From: an uncultured virus (IMG/VR IMGVR_UViG_3300033170_000307)
Lineage: Duplodnaviria; Heunggongvirae; Uroviricota; Caudoviricetes
Direction: 5' to 3' (one strand)
IMG/VR virus record: IMGVR_UViG_3300033170_000307
Length of the DNA stretch: 64,000 nucleotides
Every line of letters starts with the position of its first letter. Position 1 is the first letter of the stretch. This document shows positions 48,923 through 58,869 of the stretch, in pieces. A program made the position numbers and the translations under genes. The notes under the pieces are model-generated. The model ran no database searches. It saw nothing but the letters and a program-made list of their open reading frames with translations, and had not been told where the DNA came from.

Positions 48923-49910
48923 TAGACCACGTGCTTATCTTCAACACCGAGAGCGGCGGCCTGCTCTACTCCTGCCCGGCTGACACCTACAAGGGCGGCG
49001 ATGACCCCGAAGTCAAGGCCCTGGCCGCCGAGTACAGTTGCGACGGCATCGAGGTCCACATGGGCCGGCCCAATGATACCCTGGCCACCTGCCGCGCGCT
49101 GCGAGCGCCTGAAGAAGCGCTACGGGTTCGTCACCTACGGCAAGGTGACCCATGAGGACTTCCAGCCCGGAATCAGCGCCGTGGCCGTCACCGAGGAAAT
49201 CCTGATGGACGCCCGTCAAGCCGTGGAGCGCGCCAAGGAGAACATCCCGCCCCGCAATGAGCCGATGGAGCCGCTCGTGGTGGCCTGTGATGCCATACTG
49301 GAAGTCGCTGAGCTGCTCCACAAGCGCATGCTCGCGAGCTTCACATAGCCGTTCGCTCCGTGCCATCCAGGAGACGCGCCGGCGCCGCCGAAATGTGGCG
49401 CCGCGCGCGTTCCTGGGCGACATGTCCCCCTTCAAAACCTGGCATTCCGTCCCCACTCTCTCCTACCCCCCATTCTCAGCCCCACACGCTTCTCCCCACT
49501 CTCTCCAGCCCCCCAAACATCCCTGAGCCCATCTGGCCCACTTTTCGACCACAGAGCGCTTCCTGGCGCTCCGACAGGTAGCTTTCGCGACCTGATAGGC
49601 CCCACAGACGCTCTTTTCGACGCTCTCACAGTGATTTCGACGCTCACAGGGTCCACGGTTGCGCAAAATGGTGGGGTTTCTGTCTACGTAAACAGGGGAT
49701 TTTACGAAACCTGGGGCTCCCGAGGGACGTTTCGCCCTCGCTCGCCCCCTGGCGCGGGGGCTCGGCTCGGATGGCACAACACAACTGCTTGTTGAAGGTC
49801 GGGAAGAATAGAGCCATCCTCCACTCTACGCTTAACCCCTACAAACGCCAAAGCCCTCCAGGGGAAGGGGAGGGCTCGGGCAAGTGGGGGTTTCTTTCTC
49901 AACCACGTCC

Positions 49911-49939
49911 ATTGTACCAGATGCGTAGCTTGTTGTCAA
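49911..49939 (-). promoter_or_regulatory. sigma70-type promoter facing a gene-poor region
   Basis: TTGACA-17-TACAAT. Confidence 0.7.
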
Positions 49940-50099
49940 TCTCCGACCCCCCATCCCTGGCGGGCTGGGCGATGAGGTGATTGTCAACCGCTTTCAGTTC
50001 AGGTGATGAGGTGAAAAAAGAACCCGGCCAACTGCCGCCGGCCGGGCCACTCGATAGGAGAGTGAAAGGAGGTCACGATGAACTATCTGTACCAACCGT

Positions 50100-50429
50100 C
50101 TATCTGACCAGCTCCAGGTGCTGCCGGCTGTCGAGCGTGTCGCTCCAGTACAGGCCGATGTCTACCCAGTGCTCGTACTGCCGGAACACGTCTACGGTGA
50201 CATGGGGCAGGACGATTTCCTCGGCCTGGCGCTCCAGGTCCAGCAGGTGGTCATGGAGGGTGGCGCGCAGGACCCTGGCCCAGTAGCGCATCCGGTCGTC
50301 GGTCTGCGGGTGGGCGATTAGCTCGTGGAGCATCTGTTCGAGCAGTTCATCAAAGAGCCCCTGGGCCTGGGCCGTGAGGAGCTCGGGCAGCTCAACGCTT
50401 GCGGGCCCGACAGGCGGGCGACGGTACAT
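50100..50429 (-). CDS. Hypothetical protein
   Basis: AAGGAG RBS; last gene of the leftward operon. Confidence 0.6.
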   Translation of the reverse strand: MYRRPPVGPASVELPELLTAQAQGLFDELLEQMLHELIAHPQTDDRMRYWARVLRATLHDHLLDLERQAEEIVLPHVTVDVFRQYEHWVDIGLYWSDTLDSRQHLELVR

Positions 50430-50676
50430 ACGGGCATCCGCTCCTTGAGCAAGGAGGGACGCTCGGTGGCGCCGGCCGGTTCAGCAGGGCGCGCAGGAAG
50501 CCCTGCAGGAACCACAGCAGCACGAGGCCAGCAAACAGCCCGAGCCAGGGGTAGCCGAGCACGTTGCCCAGCCCGCACATGGCGGTGACAAAGAACAGGC
50601 TGACGAGACAGCCGCAGCCATCAAGCAGGATGCCGATAGCCCCCATCAAGACGAGACAGAGCAGGATGACTTCCAT
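50392..50676 (-). CDS. Small membrane protein (MEVILLCL...)
   Basis: Two to three hydrophobic segments. Confidence 0.55.
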   Translation of the reverse strand: MEVILLCLVLMGAIGILLDGCGCLVSLFFVTAMCGLGNVLGYPWLGLFAGLVLLWFLQGFLRALLNRPAPPSVPPCSRSGCPYVPSPACRARKR

Positions 50677-50681
50677 GGCAC

Positions 50682-51014
50682 TCAGTCCCCAATCGCGCGC
50701 CGGTAGCGCTCGTCTTCGTCCAGCTTGTCCAGCAGTTTGGCCACGACCCGGTAGGGGTCGGCATCGGCCGGAAACCCGAGGGCCGGCAGCCGGGCATAGA
50801 CGCTCTCGATGCGCACGCCGCCCCACGCCATCAGGTACAGGGTGATGCTGGCCCGCGACTTGCCGGCCGGGGGTTCGTTCTGGCTGCGCACCGTGAGCTG
50901 GTGCCGGTACTGTACCCCATGGAGCGGACTGCGGACGGAGACAGCCGCCGTGTGGCACTCGTAGCCGAGCCTGGTGAGCAGTTTGCACAGGTGCTTGAGG
51001 TTGTTGGCGGTCAT
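50682..51014 (-). CDS. Hypothetical protein (MTANNLK...)
   Basis: GGAG RBS, ATGA overlap. Confidence 0.6.
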   Translation of the reverse strand: MTANNLKHLCKLLTRLGYECHTAAVSVRSPLHGVQYRHQLTVRSQNEPPAGKSRASITLYLMAWGGVRIESVYARLPALGFPADADPYRVVAKLLDKLDEDERYRRAIGD

Positions 51015-51465
51015 ACCGGCTCCGCTCCCTGGCTGACGACGATGAAGGTGGCGGTTGGTGAGTGGAACTGGGCCGTCTTCCAGGTCCCGGCCGCGTAGGC
51101 TTTGAAGCGCCCGTTGGTCAGGCGCAAGAGCAGCTCGCCCATGGCACTGACTTCGACAGCGGTGATGGCGGCCTGGATGCCTCTGCGCCCACTGGCGTGG
51201 GAGATGGCGGCCTGCGCCCACTGGCGTGGGAGATGGCGGCCTGGGGTCCCAGGCGGTGGACCATGTGGGAGAAGTTCTCGGACGCCCACTGCCCCCGGCC
51301 GGGCCGTGAGCCCTGGGCGATAGCCAGATGAGCGTCAATGGGGGGAGAACAGACAGCGCCGTAGACGGTGACGCCCCGGAGGCTCCAGGCATGGTACTCG
51401 ACTTGGGCTGCGTGCAACGGGGTGATGAAGAGAACAAGCAGCAGTGTGATGAAGAGTAGGCGCAT
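51011..51465 (-). pseudogene. Exported protein gene frameshifted by a 29-bp tandem duplication
   Basis: Signal peptide MRLLFITLLL...; duplicated unit at 51183-51211 and 51212-51240; removing one copy gives a single 141-aa ORF. Confidence 0.7.
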
Positions 51466-51493
51466 TGGTACCTCCCTGGTCCAAAGGGGGTAT

Positions 51494-51985
51494 CTATGCG
51501 CTCTGCGCCCTTCTTTGCGCCTGTCGCTCCCGAAAGCAAGGCTTGCACTCGGCAAAGGGCACGCCGGTGCCAGTGACTTTGTAGAACTCGCTCAACGGGA
51601 GAACCTTCTCGCACTTCTTGCAGGGCTTGGCCGCCCATTCGCCATCCTCGCCCATGACCCAACCCCCAGCTTGGCGGTCAAGGAAGTGATGGAGACTGAT
51701 GTGCTCTTCATGAGGCATCGAGCGCAAGTTCTCCAGGCGCCAGTCCAGTTTGTTCTGGTTGATGTGATGCAGGTGGAAACCAGGGGGCAAAGGCCCGTAG
51801 TGCTTCTCCCAGACAAGCTGATGCACCTTGCGGTAGCGTTTGCCTCTGCGTTTGCCATCGGGTCCCCAGCGTGTGGCCGGCACGCACACGACGGGATAGC
51901 CATGTTCGTCCACGCGTACCTTGCCCTCGATGGGCTCGCCAAAGAACGGGGGATAGCCAGGGACTTGGTTGGGGTGTTCAGACAT
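51494..51985 (-). CDS. HNH homing-type endonuclease with C-terminal zinc finger
   Basis: VHQLVWE..YG..P.G.HLHHIN.NKLD..LENL; CKKC...CKPC. Confidence 0.85.
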   Translation of the reverse strand: MSEHPNQVPGYPPFFGEPIEGKVRVDEHGYPVVCVPATRWGPDGKRRGKRYRKVHQLVWEKHYGPLPPGFHLHHINQNKLDWRLENLRSMPHEEHISLHHFLDRQAGGWVMGEDGEWAAKPCKKCEKVLPLSEFYKVTGTGVPFAECKPCFRERQAQRRAQSA

Positions 51986-52017
51986 GAGTGCCTCGATGAG
52001 AGCTGCGATGAACCGGC

Positions 52018-52046
52018 ATGGTAGTGGTTCTTGGAGAACGTGTCAA
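52018..52046 (-). promoter_or_regulatory. sigma70-type promoter
   Basis: TTGACA-17-TACCAT. Confidence 0.65.
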
Positions 52047-52216
52047 GAAGGCAACCGAATCGGTTGGGCGAAAAACGGGCTAGCTTTATGTCCGTGGGTG
52101 CCATAGTCTGAGAATGGGCGCGAGTCGTTTCCAACGAATAAATGCCCCTGGTCTATAACCTGTTTATACTTCGTTGCGTGCTATCCTGCGCGTATGATGC
52201 GCGCAATCCTGTGCAC

Positions 52217-52266
52217 CAAAAAACTGAAAAAAAGGTCTTGACTAATGCCGGATATGGTGGTATGGT
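52217..52266 (+). promoter_or_regulatory. Strong sigma70-type promoter with A-tract UP element
   Basis: AAAAAACTGAAAAAAA, then TTGACT-17-TATGGT with extended TG. Confidence 0.75.
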
Positions 52267-52407
52267 AAGGCGTTTCAAGCAACAAGGGCACCTTGACAAC
52301 GCAGGAAGGGCGCACTCCTGCTGCATAGCAGATACGCAAGAAACCTGACGTTCCTGCGCTATTGGCGCAGGCATGGTTTCCCTTTCGCAAGACGTTACAC
52401 CTGTCGC

Positions 52408-53469
52408 ATGAAAGGGAAGTCAATGAAGGCACAGCAGCAGTATCAAGATGAGTATCGCAACGAGCATCTAGCGCGCTATGCTGACGCTCCAGAGGGGTAC
52501 GTGCAAGGGGTACGGCAGAAGGGTATCCTGAATCCGAAAGCATACCTTGTGGCGCTTTGGTGTGGGGATGGACTCCGCGCCCTCCGCGCCCTTGAGGGGG
52601 AGGAAAAGAAGCGCGCCTCCCGCGCCTTCCGAAGGACTGAGGCAAAACTGAGGGAGGGTGGCACCTTTACGGCATCTTCCCTCCTCGCGTGCATTAAGGC
52701 GGCGTTCCTCGCCCTAACGGCGGTCCCCTCCTTGTCACAGGACTTCGCTTCCGAAGTGGAGTTCGTGGCAAAGTCGGCAGACCTCGCCGACAAGGACCTT
52801 GGCGAGACCATTCGCCTCCTCGCTGGTTACAGAGGGTGTGGAGGAAAGTCCTCACGAGGCGAGGACTTGAGCGACGAGGGAAAGAGGGGGCAGGCTTACA
52901 TACGCGCATGTCGCGCGGTAAACGGCATCGCAGGCAAGCCGAGAAATATCCTGCGCAAGACACAGGTTATCCGTAACCTGTGCCAAGACTCGCCCTTCGG
53001 CGAGGCCTTGTGCGAGGTGGTCCTGTACCTCGTAAAAGTGAGGCAAGCAATGGAGCTGTTTCTCTCCTGCCTCACAAACCCGGACGTTTCCGCCGATGTG
53101 ACCGCTGAGGCTTGCGCTGAATACGTGACGCTGAGGCTAGGGGTCGCCGAAGTCCTGCAGGAGTTCAAGACGCGAGGCGGGGCCCTCTACGACGCGTATA
53201 TTGAAAAGGCCAAGGAAAAGCGCGCTGAGGTCCTGCAGGAGAAGGCGGAGGCGGAGGCGGAGGTGGGTACAATCAAGTTCCGTAGGTCCCTTGACGGAGG
53301 GCGGACTTGGACTGACGAGGAGGTTCCGCTGAGCAAGCCGCAAGGCAAGATGCGCAACCGTAGGCGAGTCCACGGAATCCAGACAGTCTCGTGGGAAGTC
53401 CTGCAGGAGAAGGCGTGGAGGCAGGAAGAGGCGCTGCAGGAAGCGGAGGAGGAGGCAGTCTGGGAGTAG
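52408..53469 (+). CDS. Hypothetical helical protein (353 aa), solitary transcription unit
   Basis: Long ORF between a strong promoter and a terminator; start may be the second Met (52423). Confidence 0.75.
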   Translation: MKGKSMKAQQQYQDEYRNEHLARYADAPEGYVQGVRQKGILNPKAYLVALWCGDGLRALRALEGEEKKRASRAFRRTEAKLREGGTFTASSLLACIKAAFLALTAVPSLSQDFASEVEFVAKSADLADKDLGETIRLLAGYRGCGGKSSRGEDLSDEGKRGQAYIRACRAVNGIAGKPRNILRKTQVIRNLCQDSPFGEALCEVVLYLVKVRQAMELFLSCLTNPDVSADVTAEACAEYVTLRLGVAEVLQEFKTRGGALYDAYIEKAKEKRAEVLQEKAEAEAEVGTIKFRRSLDGGRTWTDEEVPLSKPQGKMRNRRRVHGIQTVSWEVLQEKAWRQEEALQEAEEEAVWE

Positions 53470-53473
53470 AGAC

Positions 53474-53512
53474 AAAAAGGGCCCGCGCCGAGAGGCGCGG
53501 GCCCTTTCGTTT
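53474..53512. terminator. Bidirectional terminator
   Basis: AAAAAGGGCCCGCGCC-GAGA-GGCGCGGGCCCTTTCGTTT at the convergence point. Confidence 0.85.
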
Positions 53513-53800
53513 GTGTAGCCAGGTGTTGGCGTTAGAGGCTGAGCTGCTGCTGGGGGTGGGTGGGGATGATTGCGGATGGGGCATGAACTGAACGGCAATC
53601 ATCCTGGAGCCAAGTTTCCTGAACGGTCTTGGCGTTAGAGCCCAGCCCCTGCCCCCGCTGCTGTGCGCAGGATTGCGGGTTGGTCTTGATATGAACGGCC
53701 CGTCTCTCGGGCCCATGTTTTCCTGTCTACACTCTACGGCGCACGATTGCGGGTAGGAATAGCAACGGGCCGGCCCGAAGGCCGGCCCGTTCGTCCGTGG

Positions 53801-54142
53801 TTAGGCGACGGCCTCCGCGTTGGCGCCGAGTGCGATAGCGGCCCGTTCGTGGGGATAGCGGCCGAAGTTGGCATTGAAGACTTCGGCTTGCGCGCGGATG
53901 AAGCTGAGGGCGCGCGGCCCGGTGAAGTTGGGGTATCGACCGAAGGTGCGCCGATACCAGTTGCGATTGGCGTGGTCATCGCCATAGGGCGCGACGGCGA
54001 GGAGGTCCAGCGGCACGCCGGTGTAGACTTCGGCGACGGGTTTCGGGTGATTCTTCGACGGCCCCTGCTGGTACAGGTCACCCTTGCGGAAATTGACCTG
54101 CGCGTTCGGCTTGTAGTACACTTGGTTCGGGTTCGTGCGCAT
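53801..54142 (-). CDS. Array hypothetical protein
   Basis: Motif A upstream; hairpin at 53764-53791 downstream. Confidence 0.7.
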   Translation of the reverse strand: MRTNPNQVYYKPNAQVNFRKGDLYQQGPSKNHPKPVAEVYTGVPLDLLAVAPYGDDHANRNWYRRTFGRYPNFTGPRALSFIRAQAEVFNANFGRYPHERAAIALGANAEAVA

Positions 54143-54305
54143 AGCCTATCACTTCCCTATGGTGTGTTGTACGTCCGTCCTACACTACTGTGCGCATGAT
54201 TGCGGGCCGACCTCCTCGGCCCTACAGAAGAGAGTTTAGCATAGCAGAAGAGTTGTGTAAACTACTTTCTTACACTACGTATGCGCACGATTGCGGCCCG
54301 GTCGT

Positions 54306-54365
54306 CTACCCAAAGAGTGCGGCGAGTCCTAACATCACGAGTCCGATGAGTGCGAGTGCTATCAT
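54306..54365 (-). CDS. 19-aa hydrophobic peptide MIALALIGLVMLGLAALFG
   Basis: GGAGGT RBS; flanked by two motif A copies. Confidence 0.6.
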   Translation of the reverse strand: MIALALIGLVMLGLAALFG

Positions 54366-54560
54366 AGGCGACCTCCGAAGTGTAGTTGGTACACTACCCG
54401 GCGCACGATTGCGCGGCCCTTGGCGTTAGAGCCCAGCCCTGGCTCACGGCGGCGCTGGATGATTGCGTTTGTGACTTTCGCTGAACGGCACTGAACAGGG
54501 AGCCATGGAATCAGGAGGGGCCGAAGTCCCTCCCTACATCACTGGGCGCACGATTGCGGG

Positions 54561-54824
54561 CTACTCTGCGTCGAGCTCTACCCGTCCGGTCATATCGGTG
54601 AGCTTGCGCTGGCGCAGGATTGCGATGCGCGTCTGCGCGTGCTGGGCGCGCAGGGCGGCGACCGCCTGCGTGAAGGCGACAATGAGCACGGCGGCGGCCA
54701 GGGCGCAGCAGCCGGGGATGATGTCGCCCCGCTGCAGGTCGTGGGCCTTGAGGAATTGGTAGTAGTGGACCGAGAAGACACCGACCAGTGCTGTGATGAT
54801 GTGGCTGATGATGAGTCGTGTCAT
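54561..54824 (-). CDS. Array membrane protein (MTRLIISH...)
   Basis: GGAGG RBS; two hydrophobic helices; stop abuts motif A. Confidence 0.65.
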   Translation of the reverse strand: MTRLIISHIITALVGVFSVHYYQFLKAHDLQRGDIIPGCCALAAAVLIVAFTQAVAALRAQHAQTRIAILRQRKLTDMTGRVELDAE

Positions 54825-55779
54825 GCGTCTGCCCTCCGGCATGTTTTTGGTGCGTACACAGCTATGCGCACGATTGCGGGGGCGGGGGCGGGGGCGACGG
54901 TGCCCCCGGCTCCCCGGCACGACTTCCATACGCTTCCGCCACCACTTACCCCGCAGGGCCTCTAGAAGGCGGGTGGCGGACAACGTAGCAACACTCAGCG
55001 CATAGGCATCACCTTTGGTAGGGGGAGTTGCCGGAGGTTCGCGTTCGCTTACTCCGTACACTACTCTGCGCACGATTGCGGCCCTACTGCCGGGGCGGCG
55101 GGTAGCAGTAGGACATCAGGTTGAGCAGCAGCGCGACTATGTACATCGGCATCACCTCACACGACTGGGCGCACGATTGCGGCTCACTCACCTGCCGGGA
55201 AGAGCCACGCGAGGAAGTCGAGTGTCTTCTCCAGACAGACGGGCAGCATCACCAGCAGCCACATAGGGCATCACATCATGCCATTGTGCGCATGATTGCG
55301 GCCGGCCGCAGTGCCTGGCGTTAGAGCCCAGCCCCTGCCCCCGCTGCTCTGCGCACGATTGCGGTTAAGACTTCGATTGAACGGCTGAACAGAAGAGCCA
55401 AGGGAAAGCAGGTGTGAGCCTTCCCTTGGCCCTCCGGTGTACCTGTGTGCCTTCCCCGGAGAGGGCGGAGGCGTTGAGTTAGGCGCCTCCGGCAGCCGCT
55501 AGTCTGCGATGCCGGGACGGTGGGTAGCTCACCTTTGCAGGTGCCCGAACCTCTCTAGAACCCACCAAGTTCATCTTGGGATAGGCAGCAGGATTACTCT
55601 GTACACTACTCTGCGCAGGATTGCGGGTGGCTTTGGCGCTGGTCTGGCGCCGCTTTTGAGCCCGCTTTTCGCCCGATTGAGACGGCGAGCGTCTCACGCG
55701 ATGTTTCTGGGCGCCACCCGCTTCATACACTACTGTGCGCATGATTGCGGGGGAGGGGTTGTCTCCCCCGCGCACCTGT

Positions 55780-56172
55780 CTACATACTGTCGGCGGCGAC
55801 CATTCCGGTCGTGGCCACGCCGAAGCGCGCCTGCAAGACCTCGGCGTGCTTCTCTTGCGCGCGGCGCTGGTCGTGCTCCACGGTGCGGCGGTACCCGGTG
55901 TCATGCTTCATGCGATAGTCGTGCAGCGCCTGCCACGCGGTCTTGTAGACCGCTTCCGTTTCGGCGGTGCGGTTGCGCATCATGGCGTGGAAGGCGCGGA
56001 CTTCCGCCTGCTTGAGGTCGTGCACCGGGTCCGCTTCCGCTTCCGCCTGCCGGGCGGCGAGGTGGCGGCGCTTGGAGGCGGTGAGCCGAGCGCAATACTG
56101 CTCAAACTCCCCCTCCTCATACTGGAAGTTGTGACGGGAGTCGGGCTTGAGGGTCTTCTGCACGCGTTTCAT
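55780..56172 (-). CDS. Array hypothetical protein
   Basis: GAGG RBS; motif A on both sides. Confidence 0.7.
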   Translation of the reverse strand: MKRVQKTLKPDSRHNFQYEEGEFEQYCARLTASKRRHLAARQAEAEADPVHDLKQAEVRAFHAMMRNRTAETEAVYKTAWQALHDYRMKHDTGYRRTVEHDQRRAQEKHAEVLQARFGVATTGMVAADSM

Positions 56173-56413
56173 GTTGCCTCACCTGTTAGGTGGTATTGGT
56201 CAGGTTGACACCTGACACTACTCTGCGCACGATTGCGACACAATTACCCCTTGGGATGATTGGCTCTGGCGTTAGAGCCCGGCGCCCCGGCACGGCAGGG
56301 GCACGATTGCGGATGTGTGCAATCGATTGAACGGTCTTGAACTGGGACCCATGAAATGGAAAAGCCCCCGGCTCTCACCGGGGGCCCTTCCGCAATCATC
56401 TAGCCGCGCCGCA

Positions 56414-56560
56414 TCAGCGTGCCTCCTTGGGTATGAGTGGCTGCACACGCCACTTCGGGCGCGTGATGTTCTGGTTCGGGCGGTTCCACGCGCAGCCAAC
56501 GCTGCAGCCGACTTGGCCGCAGCGCGGGCACTTGCCTTCGTCACTCTGCCTGTAGGGCAT
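56414..56560 (-). CDS. Array small Cys-rich protein (48 aa)
   Basis: GGAGGT RBS; CPRC...C...C. Confidence 0.6.
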   Translation of the reverse strand: MPYRQSDEGKCPRCGQVGCSVGCAWNRPNQNITRPKWRVQPLIPKEAR

Positions 56561-56591
56561 ATCCAACCTCCAGAGTAGCTGGGTTCTTACA

Positions 56592-56888
56592 CTACTCTGC
56601 GCAGGATTGCGGCTTCGCCCGCCAGTGCCTGTCGCGCACAAGCGTGCGCATACGCAGGGCGGGGTGCTCCGTGATGCGTTCGTCTACCATCCGCGCTTCT
56701 TCGTCGCTGGCAGTGAAGACCAGGACCTCCGGCTGATTCTCCCAGCCGTGCTCGTGCTCCCAGGTGGGGTTCGGCCTCTTCAGGCCGGCCAGCAGGACCT
56801 CCCAGTCCACCGGCTCCTGCACCGGGAAGGTGATGCCCGTCTTGTCATAGCCGGTGCTGCCCGTCGCCCGTATGTATCGCCGTCTCAT
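56592..56888 (-). CDS. Array hypothetical protein (98 aa) ending inside motif A
   Basis: GGAGGT RBS; C-terminal PQSCAE* is encoded by the motif. Confidence 0.7.
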   Translation of the reverse strand: MRRRYIRATGSTGYDKTGITFPVQEPVDWEVLLAGLKRPNPTWEHEHGWENQPEVLVFTASDEEARMVDERITEHPALRMRTLVRDRHWRAKPQSCAE

Positions 56889-56952
56889 GATGCAACCTCC
56901 ACAGCGTAGTGGGTTCTTACACCACTCTGCGCACGATTGCGGGGCAGAGCCC

Positions 56953-57393
56953 CTACCCGTTGGGGTCGGGGGGCTCCACCTCTGCCGGGATGATTTCGCA
57001 GTAGACCTCATCGAGTTCGCCCTCGTCATTCAGTTCGTCGGGGCGGTGCTCCTGAATCCACTCCTCCATGATTCTGTAGCACTCCTGTTCGGCGTGCGCC
57101 GGCATCACGTTGCTGCAGAAGACCGCGACCGTGAGCTTGACGTAGCCGCTGCCGATGTGGAACATATAGGCGGGGTCGGGCTCGGGGAAGTCGGGCGTCT
57201 CGCTGGCGCGCTGCTTGAGCCATTCATCGCGCGCGAGATTGCGGCGCCGGGCGTACTCTGCGCCGCGCTCCCATGAGGGCAGTTCGTCCAGGTCCTTGCC
57301 GCCAGGGAAGGGTACTTCGTCGCCGGCCTGATTCAGGTAAATCATGGCGACCGCCTGCCGCGCTTCGTCGCTGTGCAGTCCGGGTGTGGGCAT
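56953..57393 (-). CDS. Array acidic hypothetical protein
   Basis: GGAGGT RBS; motif A on both sides. Confidence 0.75.
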   Translation of the reverse strand: MPTPGLHSDEARQAVAMIYLNQAGDEVPFPGGKDLDELPSWERGAEYARRRNLARDEWLKQRASETPDFPEPDPAYMFHIGSGYVKLTVAVFCSNVMPAHAEQECYRIMEEWIQEHRPDELNDEGELDEVYCEIIPAEVEPPDPNG

Positions 57394-57447
57394 GTGAGAC
57401 CTCCAGAAGTGAGTGGTTACACTCCTATGCGCACGATTGCGGCCGCC

Positions 57448-57786
57448 CTACGACGGCGGCCAGATGTCGTAGCAGCGGGTATTGCCGCAGCGCCCCACAA
57501 TGAGGTGCAGGGGAGCGAGCGCCGGGTATTCGGGGAAGCCGTAGAGCGTGCAGAAGACCGCCCGCATGACATCGGGCGTGCCACGGCGCAGCTTCTGATT
57601 GCGCTTCGTCGCTTCGGGGTGCTCCCAGACCTGTTTCTCCTCAGGCGTCCACGTATGGCGGCCCGACTCGATGCGGAAGCCCGCGTTCGTCAGAGCATCA
57701 ATCGGGTGGATGATGTGGCCGGGCGCCAGTTCTTCTGTCTGCTTGAGTGCGGCCAGCGCAGCCGCGAGCGCTTCGTCGTAGGACAT
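57448..57786 (-). CDS. Array hypothetical protein (MSYDEAL...)
   Basis: GGAGGT RBS; motif A on both sides. Confidence 0.7.
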   Translation of the reverse strand: MSYDEALAAALAALKQTEELAPGHIIHPIDALTNAGFRIESGRHTWTPEEKQVWEHPEATKRNQKLRRGTPDVMRAVFCTLYGFPEYPALAPLHLIVGRCGNTRCYDIWPPS

Positions 57787-58169
57787 GATGCGACCTCCAC
57801 AGTGTAGTGGGTACACTCCTCTGCGCACGATTGCGGGGCACACGCCGACAGCCACTCTTTCTCCCCGTGCCTCTGCTTCGCCTCATGAGGGGCACTCCAC
57901 AGAGCGAACACTTGGGAGCGAGAGGATTGGCCTGCCGGCGTCTGCCTCGCCATCTGGCGTTAGACCTGGGCCCCTGGTCCACACGTCTGCGCATGATTGC
58001 GGGTCGGATTACGATTGAACGGCAACTGAACGGGGACCTAGAAAACTGCGACCGGACGGCGCACTGGGCATTGCTGCTCCCGCTGCTACGCCCCTGTAGC
58101 CGGCTACGGGGTTCGCTGCTGTTACTCGGGATGCGCCGTCCGCTCACATCTCTATGCGCACGATTGCGG

Positions 58170-58496
58170 CTACCCCTCGTCGCCGAGGGGCACCACTATC
58201 ATCACGCCACTGAGCACGAGCACCGGGGTGGGCTCGGGCACGCCGTAGACGTGGGCATACGTCTGCAGCGCGGGGTCGGTGCTCAGCAGGCTCACGTCGC
58301 GTACCCAGTCCTTGCCACTCTCACCGATGATAGTGCAGAGGTGGGCGCAGCACTGCACGGGGCAGGTGAAGCGCGCGGCGTTGCAGCGCACGCACACTTG
58401 GTGCATTCGGTCGAGCTTGGCCAGTTCGTCAACGTCCGGGCCGTTCAGGTAGCCGTGGTTCCTGACAATCTTCTCCAGTAGCTTCTGCAGGGGCAT
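58170..58496 (-). CDS. Array hypothetical protein
   Basis: GGAGGT RBS; stop abuts motif A. Confidence 0.7.
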   Translation of the reverse strand: MPLQKLLEKIVRNHGYLNGPDVDELAKLDRMHQVCVRCNAARFTCPVQCCAHLCTIIGESGKDWVRDVSLLSTDPALQTYAHVYGVPEPTPVLVLSGVMIVVPLGDEG

Positions 58497-58568
58497 GATG
58501 CGACCTCCCGGTATGGGGTTGGGGGCAGGTCACCCTGCCCCCTATACTACTCTGCGCACGATTGCGGG

Positions 58569-58793
58569 CTACTTGATGGCGTACTTCGCGTGGAAGCGCT
58601 CGGTGTGGCTGAAGCTCTGGGTGATGCAGCGGCCGATGCGCACGGCCCCCGCGTTGCCCACGAAGACCTTGCGGTCCTCGCTCATCTTCGGGTGCGTGAA
58701 GCAGCGGTACTTGCGCCCTCTGGTCTGGGTCTCGGTGTACCCGAGTTCCTGCAGCTTGGCGATGACCTGCTCCGTCTTGGTCAGCTTGGCCAT
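58569..58793 (-). CDS. Array basic protein (MAKLTKT..., 74 aa)
   Basis: GGAGGT RBS; stop abuts motif A. Confidence 0.7.
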   Translation of the reverse strand: MAKLTKTEQVIAKLQELGYTETQTRGRKYRCFTHPKMSEDRKVFVGNAGAVRIGRCITQSFSHTERFHAKYAIK

Positions 58794-58869
58794 GGGTGCG
58801 ACCTCCATAGATGTGATGGATACGTGGGGAGCACTGCGGCTCCCCACGATACTCTGCGCACGATTGCGG

